From Deltaproteobacteria bacterium (GTDB lineage Bacteria; Desulfobacterota; Binatia; UBA12015), in the NCBI GenBank assembly GCA_046583355.1, contig JAYGCM010000073.1, forward strand, positions 1-64,000: DNA of 64,000 bases, written 5' to 3'. The translations under genes and the position numbers were made by a program. Below, one piece after another: positions 53,349 to 63,750 of the stretch. Positions within the stretch are counted from its first letter, which is position 1; the number at the start of each line of letters is the position of its first letter. Under the pieces are notes generated by a model. It saw nothing but the letters and a program-made list of their open reading frames with translations, did no database searches and had not been told where the DNA came from.

Positions 53349-53381
53349 CCCATGGCTATAGCGGGCCGTAGCGGCCGACGC

Positions 53382-54458
53382 TCAACCGCCGATATCGAAA
53401 ACCCCGCGGGCGAGCTCGCCCTTCTCCAGATCCGCAATCGCCGTATTGATATCATCCAACGCGTAATGCCGCGTAATGAGATCGTCGATATTCAGCCGAC
53501 CGTCCAAGTAGAGATTCGCCAGCATCGGGAAATCGAATTGCGGCCGCGCCGTACCATAGCGGCAGCCCTGCACCTTTCGATCGAGGCGAAAATCCGTGAC
53601 CGTGAATTCAACCTTGGCGCCCATCCTCGGAACCCCGACGATCGTCAGCGTGGCTCCGGGTGCCAGCATGGAGAAAGCTTGGTTGATCGCCGGGACCACG
53701 CCGACCGCCTCAAACGCATGGTCGACGCCACGCCCGCCGGTCAGGTCCTTTACCTTCTCGACCGGGTCGCCATCGTTGCCGTCAATGATATGTGTTGCGC
53801 CGAGCTTCTTCGCCCATTCCAGTTTCTGCGGCAGCAGGTCGACTGCAATAATTTTACTTGCGCCGGCAAGCACACCGCCTTGAATGATATTCAGGCCGAT
53901 CCCGCCCGCGCCGACGACAACCATCGTCTGCCCGGCCTGCACATTGGCCGTATTCAAGACCGCACCGACCCCGGTGATGATGCCGCAGCCGATCAGCGCG
54001 GCCTGCGCCATCGGAAGCTCCTTGGGAACGGCAACCGCGCTGGACGCCGGAATCAGAGTGCGCTCGGCAAAGGTCGAGGCATTCGCAAAGTTGAAGGCCG
54101 GTTCTCCACGAAAGGTAAAGGGCCGCGAGGGCAGCGGCGCGCGGTGGCACATCGTCGGCCGGCCGGTGTCGCATTCCGGACAAATACCGCAATTGCCCAG
54201 GGTCGAGATGACAATCGGATCGCCCTCCTTGACGTTCGTAACGCCCTCCCCGACGGCCTCGACATAGCCGGCACCTTCATGGCCCATGACCATCGGCTTC
54301 GGCATATTATAGGTGCCGTTGATGGCACTCACATCGGAGTGGCAGAGCCCCGCGGAGTGGATCGCGATCCGCACCTCGCCGAAGCCCGGATCCCGGACCT
54401 CGACGTCATTATCCACCACAACCGGAGCGCCGACCTCTGTATAAACTGCTGCTTTCAT
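53382..54458 (-). CDS. Zn-dependent alcohol dehydrogenase (class III-like)
   Basis: GLCHSD, GHEGAG, CGICPEC...C, IGCGIITG and GAGGIG. Confidence 0.93.
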   Translation of the reverse strand: MKAAVYTEVGAPVVVDNDVEVRDPGFGEVRIAIHSAGLCHSDVSAINGTYNMPKPMVMGHEGAGYVEAVGEGVTNVKEGDPIVISTLGNCGICPECDTGRPTMCHRAPLPSRPFTFRGEPAFNFANASTFAERTLIPASSAVAVPKELPMAQAALIGCGIITGVGAVLNTANVQAGQTMVVVGAGGIGLNIIQGGVLAGASKIIAVDLLPQKLEWAKKLGATHIIDGNDGDPVEKVKDLTGGRGVDHAFEAVGVVPAINQAFSMLAPGATLTIVGVPRMGAKVEFTVTDFRLDRKVQGCRYGTARPQFDFPMLANLYLDGRLNIDDLITRHYALDDINTAIADLEKGELARGVFDIGG

Positions 54459-54470
54459 CGAACCTTCTCC

Positions 54471-55940
54471 TCAGCTCGCCCAGCCGATATATTTCGTCTC
54501 GCTGTAGGTATCGAGCGCGAAGCGACCGCCGTCGCGACCGACACCGCTCATCTTGAAGCCGCCGAAGGGTGCCTGCGGGTTGGGTGGCGCGCCGTTGACC
54601 TGCACGGTGCCCGTTCGCATCGCGCGCGCCACACGCATGCCTTGGAGCGGGTCGCCGGTCCAGACATAGCCGTAGAGTCCGAAGTCGGAATCGTTCGCGA
54701 TAGCGATGGCTTCTTCCTCGGTCTCGAAGGGAATCGCCACGACCACTGGTCCGAAGATCTCCTCACGGGCCACGCGCATGGAGTTGGTGGCATCGGTGAT
54801 CAAGGTCGGCTCAAAATAGAAGCCCACGGGCATCGACTCGGGGCGCTTGCCGCCACAGGCGATCGTCGCCCCTTCGTCGCGCGCGGTCTGCACATAATCT
54901 TCGATCCGCCCAAGTTGGGCCTTGGAAATGATCGGCCCGACCTGCACGCCGTCTTCCAGCGGTGACCCGATTTTGAGCTTTTCTGTCGCCCCGGCCAGCT
55001 GCGCCGTGAACTCTTTGTAGATACTCTTCTGCACCAGCAGCCGCGTCGGGGCGATGCAGAACTGGCCCGCGTGAAAGGCGAATACGCTCATGGCGGAGCG
55101 CAAGGCGCCGGCACGATTGCAATCTTCAAAAACAATACTTGCCGACTTGCCTCCGAGCTCCTGGAGGGTCCGCTTCATCGTCTTGGCCGAGACCTCCTGG
55201 ATACGGGCACCCACCGCGGTAGAGCCGGTAAACGAAACCATATCTACATCAGGCGAAGTCGTAAGCGCCTCGCCCAGCTCGGGTGCCGGGCCGGATATGA
55301 AATTGACGACTCCGGGCGGGAGCTCCTCATCAACAATACGTGCCAACTCCGTCATGCCCAAGGGATCCTGCGGCGGCGGCTTGATCACGACCGTATTGCC
55401 ACAAGCGAGTGCCGGGCCGATTTTTCCCGCACAATTCGTCATCGGAAAATTATAGGGACTGATGCAAGCAACCACGCCCACCGGTTCGCGCACCACAATG
55501 CCGGCCGCCAGCGACGCACTCGATCCCGCCACAGGCGCGCGTGAGATCGGCGGCAGACCCGTGATCTCTCCCTCGCGTGCGTATTCGGCATACATCTCGA
55601 AGCGCTCGGCCACGTGCAAGATCTGCAGGCTCATCGCGTAACTCTTCAGCGCGCCAGTCTCCGCAATCGTCATCTCTTCGAGGGATGGTGCCGCTGCGCG
55701 AAAAGCTGCGGCCACCCGCACGAGCGCCGCGCTACGCTCAGCGCCACTCATCTGCGGCCACGGCCCCTCGTCAAATGCCTTGCGCGCCGCAGCAGCCGCC
55801 TCGCGAACCTGGGAGGCAGAACAATTGGCCGCATAACCGGCCACCTCTTCGGTCGCGGGGTTGATGATCTCGTAGGTGCCGCCTGCGGCAGCAACCCACT
55901 CGCCTCCGATGAGGATTTTCGTAAACGTCGGTCTGGACAT
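54471..55940 (-). CDS. Aldehyde dehydrogenase
   Basis: FTGST, ELGGKS, AGQFC, EEIFGP and PFGGFKMSG.GR. Confidence 0.95.
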   Translation of the reverse strand: MSRPTFTKILIGGEWVAAAGGTYEIINPATEEVAGYAANCSASQVREAAAAARKAFDEGPWPQMSGAERSAALVRVAAAFRAAAPSLEEMTIAETGALKSYAMSLQILHVAERFEMYAEYAREGEITGLPPISRAPVAGSSASLAAGIVVREPVGVVACISPYNFPMTNCAGKIGPALACGNTVVIKPPPQDPLGMTELARIVDEELPPGVVNFISGPAPELGEALTTSPDVDMVSFTGSTAVGARIQEVSAKTMKRTLQELGGKSASIVFEDCNRAGALRSAMSVFAFHAGQFCIAPTRLLVQKSIYKEFTAQLAGATEKLKIGSPLEDGVQVGPIISKAQLGRIEDYVQTARDEGATIACGGKRPESMPVGFYFEPTLITDATNSMRVAREEIFGPVVVAIPFETEEEAIAIANDSDFGLYGYVWTGDPLQGMRVARAMRTGTVQVNGAPPNPQAPFGGFKMSGVGRDGGRFALDTYSETKYIGWAS

Positions 55941-55996
55941 AGCTCTCCCTTAACTTCGGACCTTTTTCCGAGCAAAGCGGACACCGGCCACATGGC

Positions 55997-56019
55997 TCCG
56001 AATGATTATTCGGAATAAT
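55997..56019. promoter_or_regulatory. Candidate TetR operator (overlapping palindromes)
   Basis: TCCGAAT-GATT-ATTCGGA (55997-56014) and ATTATTC-G-GAATAAT (56005-56019) lie in the AT-rich gap between the divergent ALDH and TetR genes. Confidence 0.6.
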
Positions 56020-56055
56020 GACTTGCGAATCAAGTTCTCGGTATTGTAGTCTACT

Positions 56056-56745
56056 TTGTCGAAGGCTCCTTCCATGGCGCAATCTTCCGTGCATAGCGGC
56101 ATCGCCGCACCCAGCCCTCGCGAGGCCGCAAAAGAAGCCCGCGAAGCGCTCTATCGTGACCATATTCTTGCCGTCGCGGAGACCGTCTTCGGCCAAGAAG
56201 GCTACGAGGGCGCCAAGGTACAAGACATTTCGCGGCTCTCTGAACTCTCGATGGGTTCGATCTACGCGCTCTTCCCCGGCAAAGAACAGATCTTCGCGGC
56301 CATCATGGAGAAACGTCGCGCGGAGTTCCTGCACATCATCCAGGCCCATACCGCGCAATTTGCGGAACCCCTCGCCTGCCTGGAAGCGCTCTCGCGCGCC
56401 TTCATCGAGTATTTCCACTCACACCGCGACTTCCTCCGCATGCAACTGCGGCTCGGCGCGGCTTGGGCGAGTTCGCAGAACCCGGCGAATTCACCAGCCG
56501 GCTCGGAAGTCGCCCGAGAGATCCACCAATTGCAGGTCGGCATCTTCAAAAAAGGCGTCGAACTCGGCGTCTTCATAGACGAAGACCCGGCCTACCTCGA
56601 AACCCTGTTCAGCGGGATCGATCAGATCCATCTGGGCCATTGGCTGTCACACGGCGGCAACGAAAGCGCAGAGGAGCTCACGGCGAGCTTCCTGCGCATC
56701 ATCCGTCGCACCTTCGTCCGCGACAGAAACCAGGAGAAAGAATAA
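56056..56745 (+). CDS. TetR/AcrR family transcriptional regulator
   Basis: ILAVAETVFGQEGYEGAKVQDISRLSELSMGSIYALFPGKE. The start may be ATG 56074. Confidence 0.92.
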   Translation: MSKAPSMAQSSVHSGIAAPSPREAAKEAREALYRDHILAVAETVFGQEGYEGAKVQDISRLSELSMGSIYALFPGKEQIFAAIMEKRRAEFLHIIQAHTAQFAEPLACLEALSRAFIEYFHSHRDFLRMQLRLGAAWASSQNPANSPAGSEVAREIHQLQVGIFKKGVELGVFIDEDPAYLETLFSGIDQIHLGHWLSHGGNESAEELTASFLRIIRRTFVRDRNQEKE

Positions 56746-57885
56746 ATGGAGTTTGGAATCTTCATCCAGGGCTACGTCCCCGGAGCTGCAGCACACGATA
56801 CCGAGAGCGAACACGCAGCGATCTTCAACGAGATCGAGTACACCCGTGTCGCCGATCAGAATAATTGGAAATATGTCTGGGTGACCGAGCACCATGCTCT
56901 CACCGAGTACAGCCACATCTCGGCCAACGATGTCTTTCTCGGACACCTGGCCGCCTTGACCGAGCAGATCCACATCTCGTCGGGCATCTTCAACCTGAGC
57001 CCACGTGCGAACCATCCGGTCCGCAACGTCGAACGCGCTGCGATGCTCGACCATCTGTCGAACCGCCGCTTCGAATTCGGCACTGGCCGCGGCGCCGGCT
57101 CACACGAGGTCGCCACCTTCAATATCAAGGATCCCTCCTCAACCAAGTCGGAATGGGATGAGGTCGCCCCCGAGATTCACCGCATGTTCAAGGAGACCGC
57201 CTACACCTTCCAAGGCAAGCATTTCTCCATCGACACGCCGCATAATATCCTGCCGAAGCCTTATAAGGGCACGCATCCGCCGATGTGGATGGCCTGCGGC
57301 AACCCGGCCACCTATGCCAAGGCTGGCGCACTCGGAATCGGCGCACTCGGCTTCAACTTCTCTGCGGTTTCCGCCATGAAGCCGCAGATCGAGGCCTACA
57401 AAGAAGCGGCGGCCAAATGCACCTCGCCGATGGGTGATTACCAGAACGATAATGTCATGATCACCAACGCCGTGATCTGCATGGCCGATCGCGAGCGCGC
57501 CATCGATGCGGCCTGCCGCCCGGACCGCGGCTACCTCACCAGCTTGGTCGGCCTCTACCACGACACCTTCCCCAAGCCTGCTGGCTTCCCCGTCTGGCCC
57601 GAAAAGCCGATGCAGATGGACCGCGCCCTGGCCGAAAAAGCCATGGCAAACGGCGATATGCTCTGCGGCACGCCCGAGGATATCTGCGAACAGCTCGAGA
57701 AGGGCTACACCAAGGTCGGCTTCGACCAATTGGTCTTCGGCATGCCGAACCACCTGAGCAAAGAAGAAACCCTTGAGGGGCTCGAACTCTTCGGTCAGAA
57801 GGTCATCCCCAACTTCGACAAGGACCCCATCCACCGCTCCACCCGCTTCCGCGAGGAAGCCGAGAAAAAAATCGCCGCCGCGTAA
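56746..57885 (+). CDS. LLM-class flavin-dependent oxidoreductase
   Basis: MEFGIF, WVTEHH, HP.R..ER.A.LDHLS..R.EFGTGRG and PKP...HPPMW. Confidence 0.92.
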   Translation: MEFGIFIQGYVPGAAAHDTESEHAAIFNEIEYTRVADQNNWKYVWVTEHHALTEYSHISANDVFLGHLAALTEQIHISSGIFNLSPRANHPVRNVERAAMLDHLSNRRFEFGTGRGAGSHEVATFNIKDPSSTKSEWDEVAPEIHRMFKETAYTFQGKHFSIDTPHNILPKPYKGTHPPMWMACGNPATYAKAGALGIGALGFNFSAVSAMKPQIEAYKEAAAKCTSPMGDYQNDNVMITNAVICMADRERAIDAACRPDRGYLTSLVGLYHDTFPKPAGFPVWPEKPMQMDRALAEKAMANGDMLCGTPEDICEQLEKGYTKVGFDQLVFGMPNHLSKEETLEGLELFGQKVIPNFDKDPIHRSTRFREEAEKKIAAA

Positions 57886-57905
57886 CCACCCGCAGCGTCA
57901 CAAAG

Positions 57906-57940
57906 AAAAGGGCCGCCGGATCTCCCGGCGGCCCTTTTTT
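57906..57940. terminator. Bidirectional intrinsic terminator between the convergent LLM gene and nuoN
   Basis: AAAA-GGGCCGCCGG-ATCTC-CCGGCGGCCC-TTTTTT. A second hairpin, GTCCCC-TTCA-GGGGAC, follows at 57941-57956. Confidence 0.9.
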
Positions 57941-57972
57941 GTCCCCTTCAGGGGACGCCCGGAAAGGGGCGG

Positions 57973-59424
57973 CTAGTGCAGGGCTTGGAAGGAGTCGCGG
58001 GCGAGGTTGAGGGCGGTGTCGGGGAAGATGCCGAAGAAGATGGTGCCGATGAGGGCTACGAAGATCGCGGCCATCAGGTAGGGCTTCGCTTCGGTCGTGG
58101 GTGCTTCTTTTACGGGGTCGCGCATGAACATTTCCATGATCAGGCGCAGGTAATAGTAGCCGGAGACGACACTCGTGAGGATCAGGATCAGAGCCAGGCC
58201 GAGGTAGTTCACATGCACCAGGGCTTCGAGGATGTAGAGCTTGCCGACGAAGCCGGCCAGCGGCGGGATGCCCATCAGCGAGAGCAGGAAGACGACCATG
58301 ACGCCGGCGAGGATCGGGCGGCGGCTGGCGAGGCCGGAATAATCCGAGAACATTTCGTTGCGGTCGCCGCGTATGCCCATCGCCACCACGACGCCAAAAG
58401 CACCGAGGTTCATGAAGGCATAGGCCAGCAGGTAGAAGATGGCCGCGGCACCGCCGCGAGGCGTCCCCGAGACCAGGGCCGCGAGCACGTAGCCTGCATT
58501 CGCCACACTGGAATAGGCAAGCATCCGTTTCACGTTATTTTGTGAGATGGCAACCACATTGCCCAGAACCATCGTCGCGGCCGCCATGCCCCAGACCGCC
58601 ACCGACCATTCCGCATGGAGCGGAGCGAGCGCGGTCAAAAGAAGACGCGCGGTACCAACAACAGCGGCGGCCTTGATGCCGACGGCCATCAGGGCGGTGA
58701 TGGAGGTCGGGGCACCCTGGTAGACGTCGGGCGCCCAGAAATGGAAGGGCACGACCCCGATCTTGAAGCCGAGACCGACGAGCAAAAGAGCCAGGCCACC
58801 GAGGACCAATGCGCGATCGGCGCCGGGCAGCGCCGCCGCAATGCCGCTGTAGGAGAAGGTTCCGGTCGCACCGTAGAAGAGCGCAATGCCGTAGAGCAGA
58901 AACGAAGTCGCCAGCGCGCCGAGGATGAAATATTTGAGCGCGGCCTCGCCGGATTTCACGTCGCGGCGATGCAGGCCAGCGAGCACATAGGCGGGAATCG
59001 ACATGACCTCGATCCCCATAAAGAGGACGATGAGATCACGCGCCGCGCCCATCACCATCATGCCGACGACGGTGAACAGAACCAGAGGGTAGACCTCGCG
59101 CGCCTTGATGCCGAGGTCTTCCAGGGAACTCAAGGCCATCGCCAGAGCCAGTGCGCCGGCCAGGCAGGCAATCAGATTCGTCAGCAGCGCGACGCCATCG
59201 GTCGAGTAGCCGCCGTCAAACGCAGCCGCACCATTATGCCAGACCAGAAGCGAGACTACGCTGGTCGAGGCAAGCCCGACCAATGAGAACCAGAAAGGCG
59301 TCTGCGCGTCGTGCTTCTTGCCCTCGAAAGCTTCATAGAGAAGGATCGCCATCGCGAAAAGCGAGAGCACGGCTACCGGCGCAATCGCCTGCCATTCGGC
59401 CACGCCAAAATTGATTTCGATCAT
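57973..59424 (-). CDS. nuoN: NADH-quinone oxidoreductase subunit N
   Basis: EAALKYFILG, FKIGVVPFHFWAPDVYQGAP and KRMLAYSS. Confidence 0.95.
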   Translation of the reverse strand: MIEINFGVAEWQAIAPVAVLSLFAMAILLYEAFEGKKHDAQTPFWFSLVGLASTSVVSLLVWHNGAAAFDGGYSTDGVALLTNLIACLAGALALAMALSSLEDLGIKAREVYPLVLFTVVGMMVMGAARDLIVLFMGIEVMSIPAYVLAGLHRRDVKSGEAALKYFILGALATSFLLYGIALFYGATGTFSYSGIAAALPGADRALVLGGLALLLVGLGFKIGVVPFHFWAPDVYQGAPTSITALMAVGIKAAAVVGTARLLLTALAPLHAEWSVAVWGMAAATMVLGNVVAISQNNVKRMLAYSSVANAGYVLAALVSGTPRGGAAAIFYLLAYAFMNLGAFGVVVAMGIRGDRNEMFSDYSGLASRRPILAGVMVVFLLSLMGIPPLAGFVGKLYILEALVHVNYLGLALILILTSVVSGYYYLRLIMEMFMRDPVKEAPTTEAKPYLMAAIFVALIGTIFFGIFPDTALNLARDSFQALH

Positions 59425-60986
59425 CGACTTGCTACCTTCGCGGTGTCCACGAGGATGCCGGGTTTCGGCGCTTCGATGTATTTGGTTGCGCCGGCCGCAT
59501 GCACGCGCGCGAGGAAGACGGCGACCGTCGGCTCGATTCGGTCAAGGAAGGGCTTCGGGTAGATGCCGATCCAGAAGATAAAGAGAAGAATCGGCGCGAG
59601 GCTCAAAACCTCACGCGCATTCAGGTCGGTAAGCGTTTCCTTGGCGTCGGTGACAACACGGCCGAGCGGTCCGAAGACCACGTTCTTGTACATCGTCAAC
59701 ATATAGACGGCCCCGAGCACGACGCCCGTGGTCGCCAGGGCCGCCGCCCAGGGATGCGTACGGAACGCGCCGAGAAGAATCAGGAACTCGCCCACAAAGC
59801 TATTCGTGCCCGGTAGACCAATCGAGGCGAATGTGAGGATGAGGAGAATCACGCAGAAGGTCGGCACAGCACTCCAGAGGCCGCCGTATTCGGGGATCTG
59901 GCGCGTATGAGTGCGGTCGTAGATGAAGCCGATGGCGAGGAAGAGCCCCCCCGTTACCAGGCCGTGGTTGACCATCTGGAGCACGCCACCCGTCACGCCG
60001 AGGGCGTCAAAGGAATAGAGCCCGAGGATCACGAAGCCCATATGGCTCACGGAGGAGTACGCCACCAGCCGCTTCATATCTTTTTGCGGATAGGCGACCA
60101 TCGCGCCGTAAACGATGCCGAAAACCGCCAGTCCGATGACGATCGGAAAACCGTCTTCGGCGGCCAGCGGGAAGAGCGGAATCGCAAAGCGCACAAACGC
60201 ATACGCGCCCATTTTCAGCAGGATGCCGGCAAGGTCGACCGAACCACCCGTAGGCGCTTCGGTATGCGCATCCGGCAACCAGGTATGCACCGGGAAAAGC
60301 GGCACCTTGATGAAGAATGCGATCGCGAAGGCCCAGAAGAGCCAGGTCTGCTCGGTATAGGTGAGCGGCGTCTCGTAGAGACTCAGAATATCGAATGTCA
60401 TCTCCCCATTCTGGCCATGCGCGAGCACCAGATAGAGGATCGCGACCAGCATCAGAGCGCTGCCGGCCATCGTGAAGAGGACAAATTTCACCAGCGCATA
60501 ATGGCGCCGCGGCCCACCCCAGATGCCGAGCACAAAGGCCATGGGGAAGAGCATCAACTCCCAGAAGAGGAAGAAAAGGAAGAGATCGATCGAGATCAAA
60601 GCGCCGAGCATGCCCCACTCGAGCACCAGCATGAAGAACATGAATTCTTTGGTGCGGTGGCGGATATCGGTCCACGACCCGAGCATGACAATCGGCGTGA
60701 GCATCGTTGTCAGCAGAACCAGCCAGATGGAGAAGCCATCGACGCCGACCGAATAGGTGATGCCGAGCGAAGGCATCCACTCGACGCTCTCTATCATTTG
60801 CAGGTGCCCGTTCGCAGCATCAAAATTCGCCAGGACCAGGAGCGAGAGCAGGAAGGGTACCAGCGAGAAGACCAATGCCACGCGCTGCGAGATCACCTTG
60901 GGCTCGCTGGGCAGCAAAAGCAGAACGAAGCCTAGAATCAGCGGCGAGAACGCCATCGCGGTAAGAATCGGGAATTCCATGATCAT
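59421..60986 (-). CDS. nuoM: NADH-quinone oxidoreductase subunit M
   Basis: FWELML, KVPLFPVHTWLPDAHTEAPT, LLKMG and AYSSVSHMG. Confidence 0.95.
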   Translation of the reverse strand: MIMEFPILTAMAFSPLILGFVLLLLPSEPKVISQRVALVFSLVPFLLSLLVLANFDAANGHLQMIESVEWMPSLGITYSVGVDGFSIWLVLLTTMLTPIVMLGSWTDIRHRTKEFMFFMLVLEWGMLGALISIDLFLFFLFWELMLFPMAFVLGIWGGPRRHYALVKFVLFTMAGSALMLVAILYLVLAHGQNGEMTFDILSLYETPLTYTEQTWLFWAFAIAFFIKVPLFPVHTWLPDAHTEAPTGGSVDLAGILLKMGAYAFVRFAIPLFPLAAEDGFPIVIGLAVFGIVYGAMVAYPQKDMKRLVAYSSVSHMGFVILGLYSFDALGVTGGVLQMVNHGLVTGGLFLAIGFIYDRTHTRQIPEYGGLWSAVPTFCVILLILTFASIGLPGTNSFVGEFLILLGAFRTHPWAAALATTGVVLGAVYMLTMYKNVVFGPLGRVVTDAKETLTDLNAREVLSLAPILLFIFWIGIYPKPFLDRIEPTVAVFLARVHAAGATKYIEAPKPGILVDTAKVASR

Positions 60987-62944
60987 CAGCCCCCGAAACC
61001 CCAAACGGCTCCGAGCAGAACCACTGCGCCCAGCAACATGCCGAGCGCATAATGCTGCAGATTGCCGGTCTGCAGCCGGCGCACGATACCCGAGGTCAAC
61101 TCCACCGTGGTCGCCACGCCGTTCACGACACCGTCAACAATGACGACATCAATCGCGCTCCAGAGCCAGCGCGACGTCCGTTTATAAGGCATGACAAATA
61201 GCGCATCGTAAATTTCATCGACCCAATAGCGGTTGCGCAGCATGGGATAGATGGGCCGCGTCACGGCATAGACCCGGTCGAGCATGCCCGGACTCTTCAC
61301 ATAGAGAAGCCAGGCCCAGAAGATGCCGAAGAAACCGACCGCAGTGGCCGTCAACATCAGGGTGACGATGAGTCCGGTATCGTGGTGGTCGCCATGCACG
61401 AAGGGGTTCGCCGCGACCACCGGTAAGAGATAATTGCCGATCGCGTCGCCCCAGAGCAGATGCAAGGGCATGCCGATCCAGCCGCCGGCGAATGCCAATA
61501 CGGCGAGGATCGTCATGGGAATGGTCATCGAGCGCGGCATCTCGTGGACATGCGCTTCTACCTCCGGGTCGAGACGACTCTCACCCGTAAAGGTCAGGAA
61601 ATAAGCGCGGAAGATATAGAACGCAGTGAAGCCCGCGGCGATCGTGCCGAGCGCCCAAGGGCCGTGGAAGCCGCCCATATAGGCGTTTTCCAGAACCATA
61701 TCTTTGGAGAAGAAGGCGGCAAAACCCGGTACGCCGGCGATCGCCAGGCTGGCGACCAGGAAGGTCTTGGCCGTGATCGGCATCTTCTTTGCCAATCCGC
61801 CCAGATGCGAGAGGCGCAACTCGCCGTGCAGCGCATGCATGACCGCGCCGGCGCCGAGGAAGAGCAATCCCTTGAAGAAGGCATGCATTGTCAAGTGGAA
61901 GATGCCGGCGGCGAATGCGCCGACCCCGACACCCATCATCATATAGCCGATCTGCGAGATGGTGGAGTAGGCAAGGACTTTTTTCAGATCCTCCTGAACA
62001 ATCGCCATCGTCGCCGCGAAAAGACAGGTGATCCCGCCGATCCAGGCGACAACGACCAGCGCATCGGGTGCTTCCACGAAAAGAAACGAAAGGCGTGCGA
62101 TCATATACACGCCGGCCGTGACCATGGTGGCGGCATGGATCAGCGCCGAGACCGGCGTCGGGCCGGCCATGGCATCGGGCAGCCAAACAAAAAGCGGCAC
62201 CTGGGCCGATTTGCCGGTCGCACCGAAGAGCAGCAGCAGGCAGACGGCGGTGGGCAGCCACGGGTTGGCGGCAGCCAATGCGCCGGCATTGGCATTGATC
62301 GCTTGCAGGTTCAGCGTCGGCACACCGATATCGTAGAGGCTCCAGAAGAGCAGGAAGATGCCGATCAGGAAGGCCGCGTCACCGATGCGGTTGACGATCA
62401 TCGCCTTCTGGCCGGCGTCGGCATTCTCCATATCCTGATACCAGAAGCCGATCAGCAGATAGGAGCAGAGACCAACGCCCTCCCAGCCGATGAAGAGCAC
62501 GGCCAGCGAGTCGCCAAGCACGAGAATCAGCATCGAGGCGACGAAAAGGTTCAGGTAGGCGAAGAAGCGCGAGATATCCGCGTCGTCTTCCATATAACCG
62601 ACTGCGTAGAGGTGGATCAGCGAACCGACGCCGGTCACGAGAAAAAGCATCACGCTGGTCAGCGCGTCGAGTCGCAAAGTGAAGTCGAGATGCAGCGGCC
62701 CAACCGAAATCCAGGAGAAGACAGGGTCGACCAATGCGCCCTGGCCGATCTCCGAGACCGGCAAGCCCCAGAGCTTCGCTACACCCGTCATGGCGACCAG
62801 GAAGGCGCCGAAGAGCACTCCGGGTCCGATGAATTTCGAGAGCTGCGCCCGGTCTTGCCGTGCACAGATCACGTTGAGCAAAAAGCCCGCGAGCGGAAAG
62901 AGAATGATCCAGCGCAGGAGCGAGGTTTCGACTTCCGGAGCCAT
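60986..62944 (-). CDS. nuoL: NADH-quinone oxidoreductase subunit L
   Basis: GWEGVGLCSYLLIGFW and GKSAQVPL..WLPDAMAGPTPVSALIHAATMV. Confidence 0.96.
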   Translation of the reverse strand: MAPEVETSLLRWIILFPLAGFLLNVICARQDRAQLSKFIGPGVLFGAFLVAMTGVAKLWGLPVSEIGQGALVDPVFSWISVGPLHLDFTLRLDALTSVMLFLVTGVGSLIHLYAVGYMEDDADISRFFAYLNLFVASMLILVLGDSLAVLFIGWEGVGLCSYLLIGFWYQDMENADAGQKAMIVNRIGDAAFLIGIFLLFWSLYDIGVPTLNLQAINANAGALAAANPWLPTAVCLLLLFGATGKSAQVPLFVWLPDAMAGPTPVSALIHAATMVTAGVYMIARLSFLFVEAPDALVVVAWIGGITCLFAATMAIVQEDLKKVLAYSTISQIGYMMMGVGVGAFAAGIFHLTMHAFFKGLLFLGAGAVMHALHGELRLSHLGGLAKKMPITAKTFLVASLAIAGVPGFAAFFSKDMVLENAYMGGFHGPWALGTIAAGFTAFYIFRAYFLTFTGESRLDPEVEAHVHEMPRSMTIPMTILAVLAFAGGWIGMPLHLLWGDAIGNYLLPVVAANPFVHGDHHDTGLIVTLMLTATAVGFFGIFWAWLLYVKSPGMLDRVYAVTRPIYPMLRNRYWVDEIYDALFVMPYKRTSRWLWSAIDVVIVDGVVNGVATTVELTSGIVRRLQTGNLQHYALGMLLGAVVLLGAVWGFGG

Positions 62945-62953
62945 GCCCCTCCC

Positions 62954-63259
62954 CTATCCTTGCAGCACGCGGAGTTCGTCCGCGTTCAGGGTCTTGCGAC
63001 CGGTGAAATTCACGAGGAAAATCGCGAGGCCGACAGCCGCCTCGGCCGCGGCAACCGTCATCACGAAGAAGACGACCACCTGCCCGTCGAGATCCCAGAG
63101 ACGCCGTGCGAACGCGACGAAAGTGATATTGACGCCGTTGAGCATCAGCTCGACCGACATCAACATGACGATCACGTTGCGCCGGAAAAGCACGCCGAAA
63201 ACGCCTATCGCGAAGAGGATCGCCGCGAGAACAAGATAATGATCGACCGGTACGTCCAT
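62954..63259 (-). CDS. nuoK: NADH-quinone oxidoreductase subunit K
   Basis: RRN.I..LMSVELMLN and VAAAEAAVGLA. Confidence 0.96.
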   Translation of the reverse strand: MDVPVDHYLVLAAILFAIGVFGVLFRRNVIVMLMSVELMLNGVNITFVAFARRLWDLDGQVVVFFVMTVAAAEAAVGLAIFLVNFTGRKTLNADELRVLQG

Positions 63260-63261
63260 TG

Positions 63262-63750
63262 TCAGGATGCCTTGCGCCGCGCCATGACAACCGCGCCGAC
63301 CACGGCGGCGAGAAGCAGGACGCTGGTCAATTCGAAGGGGAGAAGATGCGCCGTAAAGAGGCGCTCGGCCACACTTGCCGTCTCGCCGAAGCCCTCAGGC
63401 ATCGGCCCGTAATCGGCCTTGCCCGAGGCAAAGCCCAGAGCGCCGAGTTCGGCGGCCAATATGATGGACAATACGGCCCCGGTTGCCCGCAATGGCAGAT
63501 GGCCGGCCAGCGGTTCTTCGGGCTCGAGCGCCAGCAGCATGATGACGAAGAGAAAAAGGACAACGATCGCGCCGGCGTAAACCAGCACCTGCAAGAAGGC
63601 GATCAGGTAGGCATCGAGCGCGAGGAAGATGATCGCCACCTGAAAGAGCGTGAAGACAAGCGCCAAGGCCGAATAGACGGGGTTGCGATGCAATACCGTC
63701 GTCAGCGCGCCCGCAATCGTGAGCGAAGCAAGAATCCAGAAGAGCGTCAT
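63262..63750 (-). CDS. nuoJ: NADH-quinone oxidoreductase subunit J
   Basis: NPVYSAL, QVLVYAGAIVVLFLFVIMLL and PFELTSVLLL. Confidence 0.95.
   Translation of the reverse strand: MTLFWILASLTIAGALTTVLHRNPVYSALALVFTLFQVAIIFLALDAYLIAFLQVLVYAGAIVVLFLFVIMLLALEPEEPLAGHLPLRATGAVLSIILAAELGALGFASGKADYGPMPEGFGETASVAERLFTAHLLPFELTSVLLLAAVVGAVVMARRKAS

Noticed and set aside
52029..54965. 978-aa plus-strand ORF
   Set aside because: It is the antisense shadow of rnr, ADH and ALDH, has no motifs, and is typical of high-GC codon bias.
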